A stretch of DNA of 32,067 nt from a virus (IMGVR_UViG_3300037419_000602:1-32067), one strand, 5' to 3'. Positions 7,777 through 16,234 are shown, counted from the stretch's first letter. Notes: generated by a model from the sequence alone, not told the origin. Made by a program: numbers and translations.

Positions 7777-8186
7777 GCACCAAAGCTGGCGAAATGTGGG
7801 ACGCCGAGATGGCGTTCGAACGACTCAAGAGCGACATGGACGACGCGCTCATGATAGCGTGCGGCCTCAACCCGACCGACTATGGCAACTGGCCGTTTAG
7901 CGAGATCACGTACGACGACTACGACTGTTCGTTCGAGTTCAAAGGAGTGAACGGCGACTGGTGTCCGACCGAGGCGCAGCTCGCCGCGTGCTGGGCGCTC
8001 GGCTTCTCGCGTTGCTGGATTTGTTATGACAATCTCGACGGCGATGGCGTCCGCGAGCGCACCATCGGCACGAACGAGGACGGCACGCCAACAATCCAGC
8101 GGTATCGTGAACGCTATTTCGCCGCGCCGCAACTCGACCGCGTCTTCCCCGGCGAGCCCGATACGCCTCCCGGAGCGCCGTCATGA
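7773..8186 (+). CDS. Hypothetical acidic protein
   Basis: SD AGGAG; ATGA overlaps at both ends. Confidence 0.75.
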   Translation: MSTKAGEMWDAEMAFERLKSDMDDALMIACGLNPTDYGNWPFSEITYDDYDCSFEFKGVNGDWCPTEAQLAACWALGFSRCWICYDNLDGDGVRERTIGTNEDGTPTIQRYRERYFAAPQLDRVFPGEPDTPPGAPS

Positions 8187-8623
8187 GCACGGACCTCGAC
8201 CCGATGAGCGCGCCCTCCTCAGACCGTCTCGACGAAGCAGGACCGCCACCGAGTCAGATTGAGCGTGGTGTGAAGATGCTGCTTCTGACGGCGAACCAAT
8301 TCGCGAAGCGTGGCAGTGAGTTCGCTTCAGGTGCCGACGTAGCGGTCGATGAGTCCATTCGCGATCGCAATCGAGCGTGGGCCGAGGAGCAATTCGAAAC
8401 CGCCGAGTTCTTTCGCTATCTCGCCTCCCATCTTCCGTCCCTGCTCGAGTCGCAGCGAGACGGAGAACGGTGGCGCAAGCGATTCGCGAAGCTGATGGAG
8501 GCGTGCGGCGCTGACATCTCGTTCAACATCGACCGTGACATCGAGGCGATGGCGAAGGATTTACGCGCTGCGCGTGTCTCCGCTCCCGCGTCCCCGCCCA
8601 TCGCACCGGGAGAGCGACCATGA
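8183..8623 (+). CDS. Hypothetical protein
   Basis: SD GGAG, ATGA overlaps; ESQRDGERWR resembles the coiled-coil motif of Ead/Ea22-type proteins. Confidence 0.7.
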   Translation: MSTDLDPMSAPSSDRLDEAGPPPSQIERGVKMLLLTANQFAKRGSEFASGADVAVDESIRDRNRAWAEEQFETAEFFRYLASHLPSLLESQRDGERWRKRFAKLMEACGADISFNIDRDIEAMAKDLRAARVSAPASPPIAPGERP

Positions 8624-8841
8624 AAACAGACGGTCCAAAGAGTTGTTCGGAGGCATCGCGCTGCAACCACCCGCGCGATGCGCAGACATACAAGTACGAA
8701 ACCGTCTACGGGCTCGTCATGTTCCGCGACTACTTCGAGTGCGGAGCTTGTGGTGCACAATACAGCTTGGAGTATCGGAAATGGGAACAGCCATCAGCGA
8801 GATCGACCACAACAACCCCAACTGTCTCGCCATTCCCGTAA
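8620..8841 (+). CDS. Small hypothetical zinc-ribbon protein
   Basis: CNHP...CGACG; SD GGAG and ATGA overlap. Confidence 0.6.
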   Translation: MKTDGPKSCSEASRCNHPRDAQTYKYETVYGLVMFRDYFECGACGAQYSLEYRKWEQPSARSTTTTPTVSPFP

Positions 8842-9023
8842 CTGACGCGGAACTGCGTTCAGAGATCGCCGCCCTAGAGGAAATCGAGCGCGATTTTGGC
8901 TCAACGGCGCGGTGCCGCCAGGTCCTGCGCTACGCCCGCGCGCTCAGAGACGAACGTGCCGCGCGTTCCATCGCACCGGGGAGCCAGACCGCCGCGTCTC
9001 CCTCCCCGGAGGATCGGCGATGA
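8781..9023 (+). CDS. Small hypothetical protein, start uncertain
   Basis: Fills the gap before 9020; helical TDAELRSEIAALEEIE; stop overlaps the next start. Confidence 0.5.
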   Translation: MGTAISEIDHNNPNCLAIPVTDAELRSEIAALEEIERDFGSTARCRQVLRYARALRDERAARSIAPGSQTAASPSPEDRR

Positions 9024-9499
9024 GCGACCCGACATCGGTCTGCAACGCATGCGGTGACGCGCTCAGCGAGAATGGATACTGCCACAACAAGCAGTGCTCG
9101 CGACACGGGCGGACGAATGACTATCTCAAATCGGAGCCCGCTGTCGCCTCTCCAGCAGAGCGCGGCCCGGACGAGGATGCGATTTGCGCGCGCATCCTTC
9201 GGATTCGGACAGAGGCGTTGCGCGATCCGAACGCTGACGACGATCTCGCGTTTACGGTGCGTGAACTGTTGCGGATTCTCGCGGACAAAGACGCATTGCG
9301 GGCTCGTCTAGCGTCGTTGGAGTCCGAGCTGCGCGAGGCGAAAGCAGACCGAGAGCCATTGCGTGATCTGCTCGCTGGGTATGACGCGTCGCGGTCGGTG
9401 CGTGAGGTTAGGGTGCTGCAATACGGCGAAGACGTGATTGAGGCGGTGCGCGACTATCTCGCGGCTCGTTCGGGATCTTCTCCTGAGAGAGGGACATGA
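9020..9499 (+). CDS. Hypothetical protein (Cys motif plus coiled coil)
   Basis: Start ATG 9020 with SD GGAGG; CNACG...C...C; coiled coil LRARLASLESELRE. Confidence 0.7.
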   Translation: MSDPTSVCNACGDALSENGYCHNKQCSRHGRTNDYLKSEPAVASPAERGPDEDAICARILRIRTEALRDPNADDDLAFTVRELLRILADKDALRARLASLESELREAKADREPLRDLLAGYDASRSVREVRVLQYGEDVIEAVRDYLAARSGSSPERGT

Positions 9500-9735
9500 C
9501 CAGATCGCCAGTCGGTGGAGAATACACGCTCCTGAATCGCGTCCGATGCTTCCTCGTCGGGCATGATCGCGCGGAGGAGCCGAGCGTCAAGCGCGGTCGG
9601 TACCACGCCTACCTCTGCCGACGCTGCAACGACTTCGCGGCGATCTACGACTGCAACGAAAAGGCGTGGTTCAGGACGTTCAACGAGGCGCATGCGTACG
9701 CGGGGCGCGCGTCTCACTCTGGAGAGACGACGTGA
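9496..9735 (+). CDS. Small hypothetical zinc-binding protein (DUF1660-like)
   Basis: RCFLVGH...CRRC pattern; coupled at both ends. Confidence 0.6.
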   Translation: MTRSPVGGEYTLLNRVRCFLVGHDRAEEPSVKRGRYHAYLCRRCNDFAAIYDCNEKAWFRTFNEAHAYAGRASHSGETT

Positions 9736-10268
9736 GCGCTGGATTCTCGCTCGAGGAGCAGGTCCGGTTGGTGCGCGCTCAGTTCGGTGAAGCGGCAGCG
9801 GATCGGCTCATCGAACAGGCTGGCGCCCTTCCGCTCGATGCAAAGGTGGTCGTCAGCATTCCGGAGTCGCGCCGCGACCGTACAGTGATCCGTTTCCCGC
9901 TTCGGTTCGATCTCCCGTGGTCTGCGCTCGTCAGCGAGAACCGCCGATTTTGCGCGCGCGGGAACCGAATCTTCATGACCGAGGAGTACAAACGGGCGCG
10001 CGCGAAAACGACGAGCATCGTTCGCGGCATTCTCAGGGGCGCCGAACCGCTGTCAATCCCGCTCTCGCTGACCGCGCTCGTTCACTTCCCCGACAATCGC
10101 ATCCACGACGCGCCGAACTTTGCTGGCGCGACGCACAACGCGCTGAAAGGCATCATCTACACCGACGACCGATGGCTCTACCGCGCGTCGTGGGAACGTG
10201 ATGTGGTCGATGTGGACTCGCCGCGTGCTGAGATCACGATCATGCCGTATGTCTCGCCCCGACTGTAG
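9732..10268 (+). CDS. rusA: RusA-like Holliday junction resolvase with divergent active site
   Basis: LPW..VSEN, VHFPDNRIHDAPN...NALKGIIYTDD...PRAEITI follow the RusA pattern. GTG start at 9732 with SD GGAG. Confidence 0.75.
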   Translation: MSAGFSLEEQVRLVRAQFGEAAADRLIEQAGALPLDAKVVVSIPESRRDRTVIRFPLRFDLPWSALVSENRRFCARGNRIFMTEEYKRARAKTTSIVRGILRGAEPLSIPLSLTALVHFPDNRIHDAPNFAGATHNALKGIIYTDDRWLYRASWERDVVDVDSPRAEITIMPYVSPRL

Positions 10269-10290
10269 CTCCCCCCACTCTGAGGCTCGT

Positions 10291-10500
10291 ATGCCCAAAC
10301 CCAAAGCGCCCCGCGCCAAAGCCCCGCACGTCGTCACCCAGATCGTGACGAAAATCCACCGGATGAAGCAGAGCCTTCTCGACGGCACCGCGACGGTTCC
10401 CGATCTCCTCGATGAACTGAGCGCGACCGAAACGCTCGCCTACTCGTTAGATGGCCGTCGTGGCGCACTCGATCCTCGCCTCGGCGGGAGGGTCGCGTGA
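10291..10500 (+). CDS. Small hypothetical protein
   Basis: SD GAGG before ATG 10291; GTGA overlap with the next gene. Confidence 0.6.
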   Translation: MPKPKAPRAKAPHVVTQIVTKIHRMKQSLLDGTATVPDLLDELSATETLAYSLDGRRGALDPRLGGRVA

Positions 10501-10715
10501 GCACGCCGTACGACCTTCGCGCGGAACGAGTGGACGGAACGCACTTTGACGTCTCGCTCGGTGGGCACTCGTTGGCCGACGCGAAGGTCCATTTCGAACG
10601 TGAGTTCCCGCACCTCGCCCCGTTTCATTGGCGCGGTGCCGTCGCCTTCTGTGAGGGGCGACGTCCCGCCGAGCCATTCCCATCTCGTCGCCGTCGAGTG
10701 TCCCACATGTTGTGA
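10497..10715 (+). CDS. Small hypothetical protein
   Basis: SD GGAGG and GTGA overlap. Confidence 0.55.
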   Translation: MSTPYDLRAERVDGTHFDVSLGGHSLADAKVHFEREFPHLAPFHWRGAVAFCEGRRPAEPFPSRRRRVSHML

Positions 10716-10765
10716 GTTGCGGACAGAGCATTTCCGCCACACATTCCAGTCGTCGCATTCTCTCA

Positions 10766-10780
10766 ACGCCGTGAGGGCGT
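10766..10780 (+). promoter_or_regulatory. Variant GUGA-loop hairpin upstream of the Ig protein
   Basis: ACGCC-GTGAG-GGCGT preceded by a pyrimidine tract, resembling the elements at 19530 and 20586. Confidence 0.45.
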
Positions 10781-10806
10781 CGTGTCCTGCCTTTCCTTCT
10801 CGCCTC

Positions 10807-12723
10807 GTGCCTAAGCGCGGCCATCAGCCGCGCGGATTGCTTCCCGGCGATCCCGGCCAATTTCTCGTTACCGTCTCCTCAACGCTCGTCGACCAAGGCT
10901 CGACGGTCGAAGCATTCGCGCAGTACGCCACCTCCGAGGGCTCGCCCGTCGCTCGCTCTGGCCTCACGGTCACCTGGGGCAAAACGGGCAGTGGTGGCAC
11001 CTTCAACAACGCGACGAGTACGACCGACGTCGCCGGGGTCGCCAAAGTCCAATTCACGGTCGGCACGGTCGTTGGCGCCACGTACGCCATCACCGCGGCG
11101 GCAAGCGGCGGCATCGCGGGGACGAGTCCAACGATCACCGTCAGCGCGGACGACGTTCCTGACTCGATCGTCTTGACGCCCGCGACACTCAGCCTCGTTG
11201 CGGGCGGCACATCAACGATCACCGCCACGCTCAAGAACAAGATTGGCGGCACGATCGCCGGCGCCACGCCGACCGACTGGATTACGAGCGATCCGACCAT
11301 CGCAACGGTTGCCAACGGGCTCGTCACCGCCGTCGCTCCTGGTTCCGTCGCCATCACGGCACGCTACGGCGCGATCCTCAGCAACGCCGTCAGCCTCACG
11401 GTCACCACCAACATCGCGCCGGCCTCGATCACCCTCGTCGCCATCTCGGTCCCGCTCTCGGTCGGAACCGTCCAGATGACCGCCAACGTCAAAAACGGCA
11501 CGGGCGATCCAGTCCCTGGCGTCACGCCGACCGGCTGGACGAGCTCTGACCCCACCGTCGCCTCCATCAATGCGACGTCGGGACTCCTCACGGTCCTCAA
11601 AGTCGGGTCAACGAATATCCAGGCATCGCTTGGGTCGATTCTCTCGAACACCGTCGCGGTCACGGTCACTCAGATCACCACGAGCAGTGCCGTGCTCGCG
11701 CTCGAGGGACCGACCATTCCCTCGTCGGCGATGGCGGCGCTCGGTCTCAGCTATTACGAAACCCTCTTTTCGGTCAATGCTGAGCAGCAGTGGACCGATT
11801 TCAACAAAGCGTGGGACGCGGGGAACACGATCTCCGTCTACGAACGTCCCGCCACGTTCTGGGTCTGGGCGCTTCGCACCGGGGATCAGAAATGGTTCAC
11901 TCGGGCCGACGCGATGCTCAAGGATTACCGCGACCGGTTCCTCCTCGCCAACGCGGGCAACGATCCCGCGCAGGTCAATCCCTCGGCGCACTTCAGTCAA
12001 GCCGAAAGCTTGTACCTGCATTGGAAGATCACGGGCGACACGCTGAGCCGGGACTGCGCCGTCAGCATCGCCACGCACGCCATCGCCTACACGCTGGGCT
12101 ATCTCACCAACCTCGCTGGCCCGGTCGACGCGCGCATCCAGGCCCGCGTCCTCGTTGCCTTTTACATCGGGGTCCTCATCAAGGGCGAGAACTACCAGCC
12201 GAGCGATCAGAATCCCACGACGTACGGGCAATACCTCGATCAGTGCATCACCGACGTCCTCGGCACGATGAACGCCGATGGCTACGCCGAATTCGCGTCG
12301 ACCTGCGGCGGAAGTCTCAACTACATGTGCGGCATGCTGGCCGATATTCTCACCCGGATCTACGACCAGCGCCCCGGCACGTACAACGCGACCATTCTCA
12401 CGAAGATGACTGCGCTCGGTACCTACCTCTGGAACACACAGTGGCGTGGTGGCGGCTCGGATGCCTCGTTCAACTACAACTCGGTGTTCTGCGCCGGCAC
12501 CGGCTCCGCGACCTCCGCGCCCGACGAAAACGGACTGATCGCACCCCTCTTTGGCTGGTTGTACAAAACGACCGCCGATGCGGCGTGGAAGACGAAGGGT
12601 GACCAAATCCTGGCGGGGATGCAGCAGGCCGGCGGGATCTATCTCTACCGCCAGTTCTCGGAACTGTTCGACTCGAGTTACCGCTACTTGGGTTACGCGC
12701 ACCCCGACCACTTGCTCACCTGA
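10807..12723 (+). CDS. Ig-like repeat protein (Big_1/Big_2) with C-terminal predicted alpha/alpha-toroid domain; start uncertain (10771 or 10807)
   Basis: Three Thr/Val-rich Ig-like domains (STTDVAGVAKVQFTVG; W.TSDPTIATVA.NGLVTAVAPGSVAITA; WTSSDPTVASINA.SGLLTVLKVGSTNI). These are followed by ~340 aa of aromatic helical repeats (LRTGDQKWFTRA, KITGDTLSRD, YKTTADAAWKTKG). Confidence 0.8.
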   Translation: MPKRGHQPRGLLPGDPGQFLVTVSSTLVDQGSTVEAFAQYATSEGSPVARSGLTVTWGKTGSGGTFNNATSTTDVAGVAKVQFTVGTVVGATYAITAAASGGIAGTSPTITVSADDVPDSIVLTPATLSLVAGGTSTITATLKNKIGGTIAGATPTDWITSDPTIATVANGLVTAVAPGSVAITARYGAILSNAVSLTVTTNIAPASITLVAISVPLSVGTVQMTANVKNGTGDPVPGVTPTGWTSSDPTVASINATSGLLTVLKVGSTNIQASLGSILSNTVAVTVTQITTSSAVLALEGPTIPSSAMAALGLSYYETLFSVNAEQQWTDFNKAWDAGNTISVYERPATFWVWALRTGDQKWFTRADAMLKDYRDRFLLANAGNDPAQVNPSAHFSQAESLYLHWKITGDTLSRDCAVSIATHAIAYTLGYLTNLAGPVDARIQARVLVAFYIGVLIKGENYQPSDQNPTTYGQYLDQCITDVLGTMNADGYAEFASTCGGSLNYMCGMLADILTRIYDQRPGTYNATILTKMTALGTYLWNTQWRGGGSDASFNYNSVFCAGTGSATSAPDENGLIAPLFGWLYKTTADAAWKTKGDQILAGMQQAGGIYLYRQFSELFDSSYRYLGYAHPDHLLT

Positions 12724-12730
12724 TGCGCCC

Positions 12731-12997
12731 ATGACACCAAAGCTGCCCGACGCGTTCAGCACCGACAGCGGCGAAGTACTGAGCCTCGCCCATCTCGAAT
12801 ACCTGGCCGAGCACGTCCCCGGCTATTCGGACGTTGCGAAACAAGCCGCCATGGAACTCGGGAAAGACCCGCGACACGGTGCGAGCCTCGCGGCGGCGAT
12901 GGCGGAACTCCACAAGCAAGACTCCCCGCTCGTCCCGCCCGGCCGTCAACCGCTCAAGGTTGTCAACCGCATCGCCAAACAGAAAAAACTCTTGTGA
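12731..12997 (+). CDS. Hypothetical protein
   Basis: ATG 12731 lies 7 nt after the previous stop; GTGA overlap with the next gene. Confidence 0.65.
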   Translation: MTPKLPDAFSTDSGEVLSLAHLEYLAEHVPGYSDVAKQAAMELGKDPRHGASLAAAMAELHKQDSPLVPPGRQPLKVVNRIAKQKKLL

Positions 12998-13311
12998 GAC
13001 GACTCCGGGACCGATTCCTCAATCGCCTTCGCTCGCGACTCCGCGACTGGCTCGGCATCCAGACGTTGGAATCCGACCAGATCGCGACCGCTCTTGAACT
13101 CGCCGCCAAGGTCCGCGAGCAGGCGGCAGTCAACGACCACTTCGCGACCCACTTCAACGATCTCGCTGGGGTCGTCGGCTTCCAGCAAGACGTGCTGAAG
13201 CGGTGGTCCTCGCAGTCCGAAACGTTGCGCACGATCGAAGCGAAGCACAGACGCAAACAGGACGGCTCAACGATTATCAGCCTGCCATCCGTCGTCGGTG
13301 GCCAACAGTAA
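12994..13311 (+). CDS. Hypothetical protein
   Basis: 105-aa ORF filling the gap before TerS. Confidence 0.65.
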   Translation: MRRLRDRFLNRLRSRLRDWLGIQTLESDQIATALELAAKVREQAAVNDHFATHFNDLAGVVGFQQDVLKRWSSQSETLRTIEAKHRRKQDGSTIISLPSVVGGQQ

Positions 13312-13329
13312 AGACGTGGATAGGTAGAG

Positions 13330-13611
13330 ATGGCTGCAAAGAAGGGCACGCGGCCGCCGAACGCTGGCAAAGGACGCCCGAAAGGCTCGCTCAATAAGAC
13401 GACTGCGGGCGTCAAGGCGGCGCTGACCGCCGTCTTCGAGCAGCGCGGCGGTGTCAATGCGTTGCTGACCTGGGCGAAGAACAACGAAACCGCCTTCTAC
13501 CAGATGTGGGCGCGCATGCTCCCGACTGAGGTTGACGTGACGAGCAACGGGGAAACGCTCGCCGGTCTCATCGCCGACGCCTACAAGAACGCGCCACCGA
13601 AATCTGAGTGA
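13330..13611 (+). CDS. Probable terminase small subunit
   Basis: GKGRPKGSLNK motif (DUF5681-like) and VDVTSNGE tail; overlaps the TerL start. Confidence 0.75.
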   Translation: MAAKKGTRPPNAGKGRPKGSLNKTTAGVKAALTAVFEQRGGVNALLTWAKNNETAFYQMWARMLPTEVDVTSNGETLAGLIADAYKNAPPKSE

Positions 13612-15083
13612 GCGTCGACGCGATCGCGCAGGAAGCGTTACGGGAGTGGAAGCGCGACCCCGTCCGCATGGCGTGGGATCTCTTTCGCTTCGTGCCCGAC
13701 CGGTGGCAGGACCGCGGACTCCGCGCCTTCGCTGACCCCGCCGCAAACCGGATCGCCTTTCAAGCGTGTGTCGGCCCTGGCAAGTCCGCCGTTGAGTCAA
13801 TCTGTGGATGGAATTTTCTCCTCTGTTATTCCGATGGGGAGAACCATCCAAACGGCGCGGCGATGTCAGTCACATCAGACAACCTCCAGAATAACCTCTG
13901 GAAGGAGCTCGCGGTTTGGCGCGACAAATCGCCAATCCTCCAGCGCGAATTCGAGATGACCGCCGAGCGGATCTTTTCGCGCGAGTTTCCGAAGACGTGG
14001 TTCCTCAACGCGCGCAGCTGGAGCAAGAGCGCCAACCCCGACGAACAAGGCAGAACGCTCTCAGGACTCCACGCCAAGAGCATCCTCTACCTCATCGACG
14101 AAGCGGGCGACATTGCGCCCGCAGTACTGCGAGCGGCCGAGCAAGGACTCTCGAACTGCGCCTGGGGCAAGATCCTGATGGCGGGCAACCCGACGTCGCT
14201 CGAAGGGATGCTCTACGCAGCAGTCACCGAGCAGTCGCACCTCTGGCACGTCATCCCGATCACGGGCGATCCCGATGACCCAGAGCGGTCGCCGCGCATT
14301 TCGAAGGAATGGGCGAGTGAACAGATCGCACTCTACGGGCGTGATAACCCGTGGGTGATGGCGTCGATCCTCGGGAAATTTCCCCCAAGCTCCCTCAATG
14401 CCCTGCTCGGCCCAGACGATGTTCGCACGGCGATGGCTCGCCATCTCCGCACGGACGAATATGAGTACGTCCAGAAGCGCCTTGGAATCGACGTCGCGCG
14501 GTTTGGCGACGATTCGACCGTCATTTTCCCACGGCAAGGGCGCGCGGCGTTCGAGCCCGTCGAGATGCGAAACGCGCGCACCGACGAAATCGCGGCTCGG
14601 ATCGCGGCGGCGAAAGCGAAATGGGGGTCGGAGTTCGAGATGATCGACGACACTGGCGGGCACGGTGCCGGCGTAATTGACGCCTTGCGGCTTGGCGGGA
14701 TTGGCCTCCTGCCGATCAACGCGAGTTCGAAGCCCGATGATCCTCGGTTCTACAACAAACGCGCAGAGACCACCTTTCGCGCGGCACAGTGGATCAAGTC
14801 TGGGGGTGGAGCGCTGCCGAATCTTCCACGATTCATCAAGGAAGCCGTCGCGGCGTCGCGCTACACGTACAAGAACGGGAAGTTCATCGTGCTCGAGAAA
14901 GAGCAGATCAAAACCGACCTGAAAGGGCACAGCCCGGACTTTTGGGATGCGTTCTGCCTGACGTTCGCGTTGGTGGACATGCCGAGCAATACAAGTGCGG
15001 GATCGCTCATCGGCGCAGGTGGATCACGAGGCCACGCCCAGACGGAGTACGACCCGTTCGATCCAGAGCGATGGGGTCAGTAG
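13608..15083 (+). CDS. terL: Terminase large subunit
   Basis: Walker A ACVGPGKS, Walker B LIDEAG, coupling motif AGNP, nuclease motifs GIDVARFGDD and SPDFWDAF. Confidence 0.95.
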   Translation: MSVDAIAQEALREWKRDPVRMAWDLFRFVPDRWQDRGLRAFADPAANRIAFQACVGPGKSAVESICGWNFLLCYSDGENHPNGAAMSVTSDNLQNNLWKELAVWRDKSPILQREFEMTAERIFSREFPKTWFLNARSWSKSANPDEQGRTLSGLHAKSILYLIDEAGDIAPAVLRAAEQGLSNCAWGKILMAGNPTSLEGMLYAAVTEQSHLWHVIPITGDPDDPERSPRISKEWASEQIALYGRDNPWVMASILGKFPPSSLNALLGPDDVRTAMARHLRTDEYEYVQKRLGIDVARFGDDSTVIFPRQGRAAFEPVEMRNARTDEIAARIAAAKAKWGSEFEMIDDTGGHGAGVIDALRLGGIGLLPINASSKPDDPRFYNKRAETTFRAAQWIKSGGGALPNLPRFIKEAVAASRYTYKNGKFIVLEKEQIKTDLKGHSPDFWDAFCLTFALVDMPSNTSAGSLIGAGGSRGHAQTEYDPFDPERWGQ

Positions 15084-15228
15084 CTCGACCGCTCAGCCGC
15101 CGATTTTAAAATTCTGTCAAGGGGCAAAAGAAGGGATTTTTCCGGACGTTATCGTATCCCAGGAGATTCCAGCAGATTCCAGGACGTGTCACGCCATTCC
15201 CAGCCCAAAGGGGCGTTTCAAAAAGCGG

Positions 15229-15245
15229 TGTTATCATGCCGCCCA
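15229..15245 (+). promoter_or_regulatory. Extended -10 promoter, possibly giving a leaderless HNH mRNA
   Basis: TG-T-TATCAT at 15229-15237, with ATG 15245 following after 7 nt; no SD; AT-rich upstream gap. Confidence 0.55.
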
Positions 15246-15562
15246 TGGCATACCGAGACATGTTTCGCGATCCCCGCTGGCAACGTCGGCGGCTAGAGAT
15301 CCTTCAACGCGATGACTGGCGATGTCGTTGCTGCGGCGAGGGCGGGAAGGAGCTTCACGTTCATCATCGGCGCTATCGCTCAGGAGAACCGCCGTGGAAC
15401 TACACAGACGAAGAACTCATCACGCTCTGCACCGCCTGCCACAACACCGTGGAAGAGATCACCTTCAACTGTCGCGCGAACCTGCCACTTCTCAACCGCG
15501 ACCAGCTCACCGCGGTTTATGACATTGTGAAACAGGCGATAGAAGACCCGGTTCCGTTTTGA
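15245..15562 (+). CDS. HNH endonuclease
   Basis: MAY...RDPRWQRRRLEILQRD.WRCRCCG...LHVHH..Y...LITLC..CH. Confidence 0.9.
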   Translation: MAYRDMFRDPRWQRRRLEILQRDDWRCRCCGEGGKELHVHHRRYRSGEPPWNYTDEELITLCTACHNTVEEITFNCRANLPLLNRDQLTAVYDIVKQAIEDPVPF

Positions 15563-15724
15563 CGCCGGAAACTGACCGGCGCGCGCGCCGACCGGCGCGG
15601 CCGATCGCGCTATTTCGTTTACTGCACTTTGTGGTGGGTGTTGTGACTTGAGAGTTGCGGAATCCGCACCGTTGTCACAGATTGTGGACGCGCCAACTCG
15701 GCGGACTCTCCTGCCCATCTGTCG

Positions 15725-16234
15725 TTGACCGTCTCCTTTCGTCGCGAATCGCTCACCGACGCGCTCTGGTCGGAGATGCAACCACTGCTCGCTGCCCACT
15801 GGCGCGAGATCGCGCATTTCCAGGACATCCCGCTCGAGCCTGACCGCGAGTTCTATCGCGCCGCTGAAAGGGCCGATGCGCTGCGCGTGTTCACGGCCTA
15901 CACAACGACGGGCTTTGCGGCGGTCGACCATCTCGTCGGCTACGCCGCCTACTTCGTGAAGCACAACCCGCACTACGCGAGTTCGCTCCAAGCCGTGCAA
16001 GACGTGGTCTACCTCGACCCAAGTGTCCGGGGCGGCACCGGGTATCGCTTCATCGCATGGTGTGACGACCAGTTGCGCGCCGAGGGCGTTCAGGTCGTGA
16101 TTCATCACGTCAAGGCCGCACACAACTGGGGCAAGGTGCTCGAGCGACAGGGCTACAAAGCGGTCGACGTCCTCTACGCCAAACGACTCGATGGACCACG
16201 GTCCATCGTTCGTCGCGACGAGGCCGCGGACTGA
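15725..16234 (+). CDS. GNAT-family acetyltransferase
   Basis: LVGY...DVVYLDPSVRGGTGYRFI (acetyl-CoA-binding motif A)...LERQGY. TTG start is uncertain. Confidence 0.8.
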   Translation: MTVSFRRESLTDALWSEMQPLLAAHWREIAHFQDIPLEPDREFYRAAERADALRVFTAYTTTGFAAVDHLVGYAAYFVKHNPHYASSLQAVQDVVYLDPSVRGGTGYRFIAWCDDQLRAEGVQVVIHHVKAAHNWGKVLERQGYKAVDVLYAKRLDGPRSIVRRDEAAD

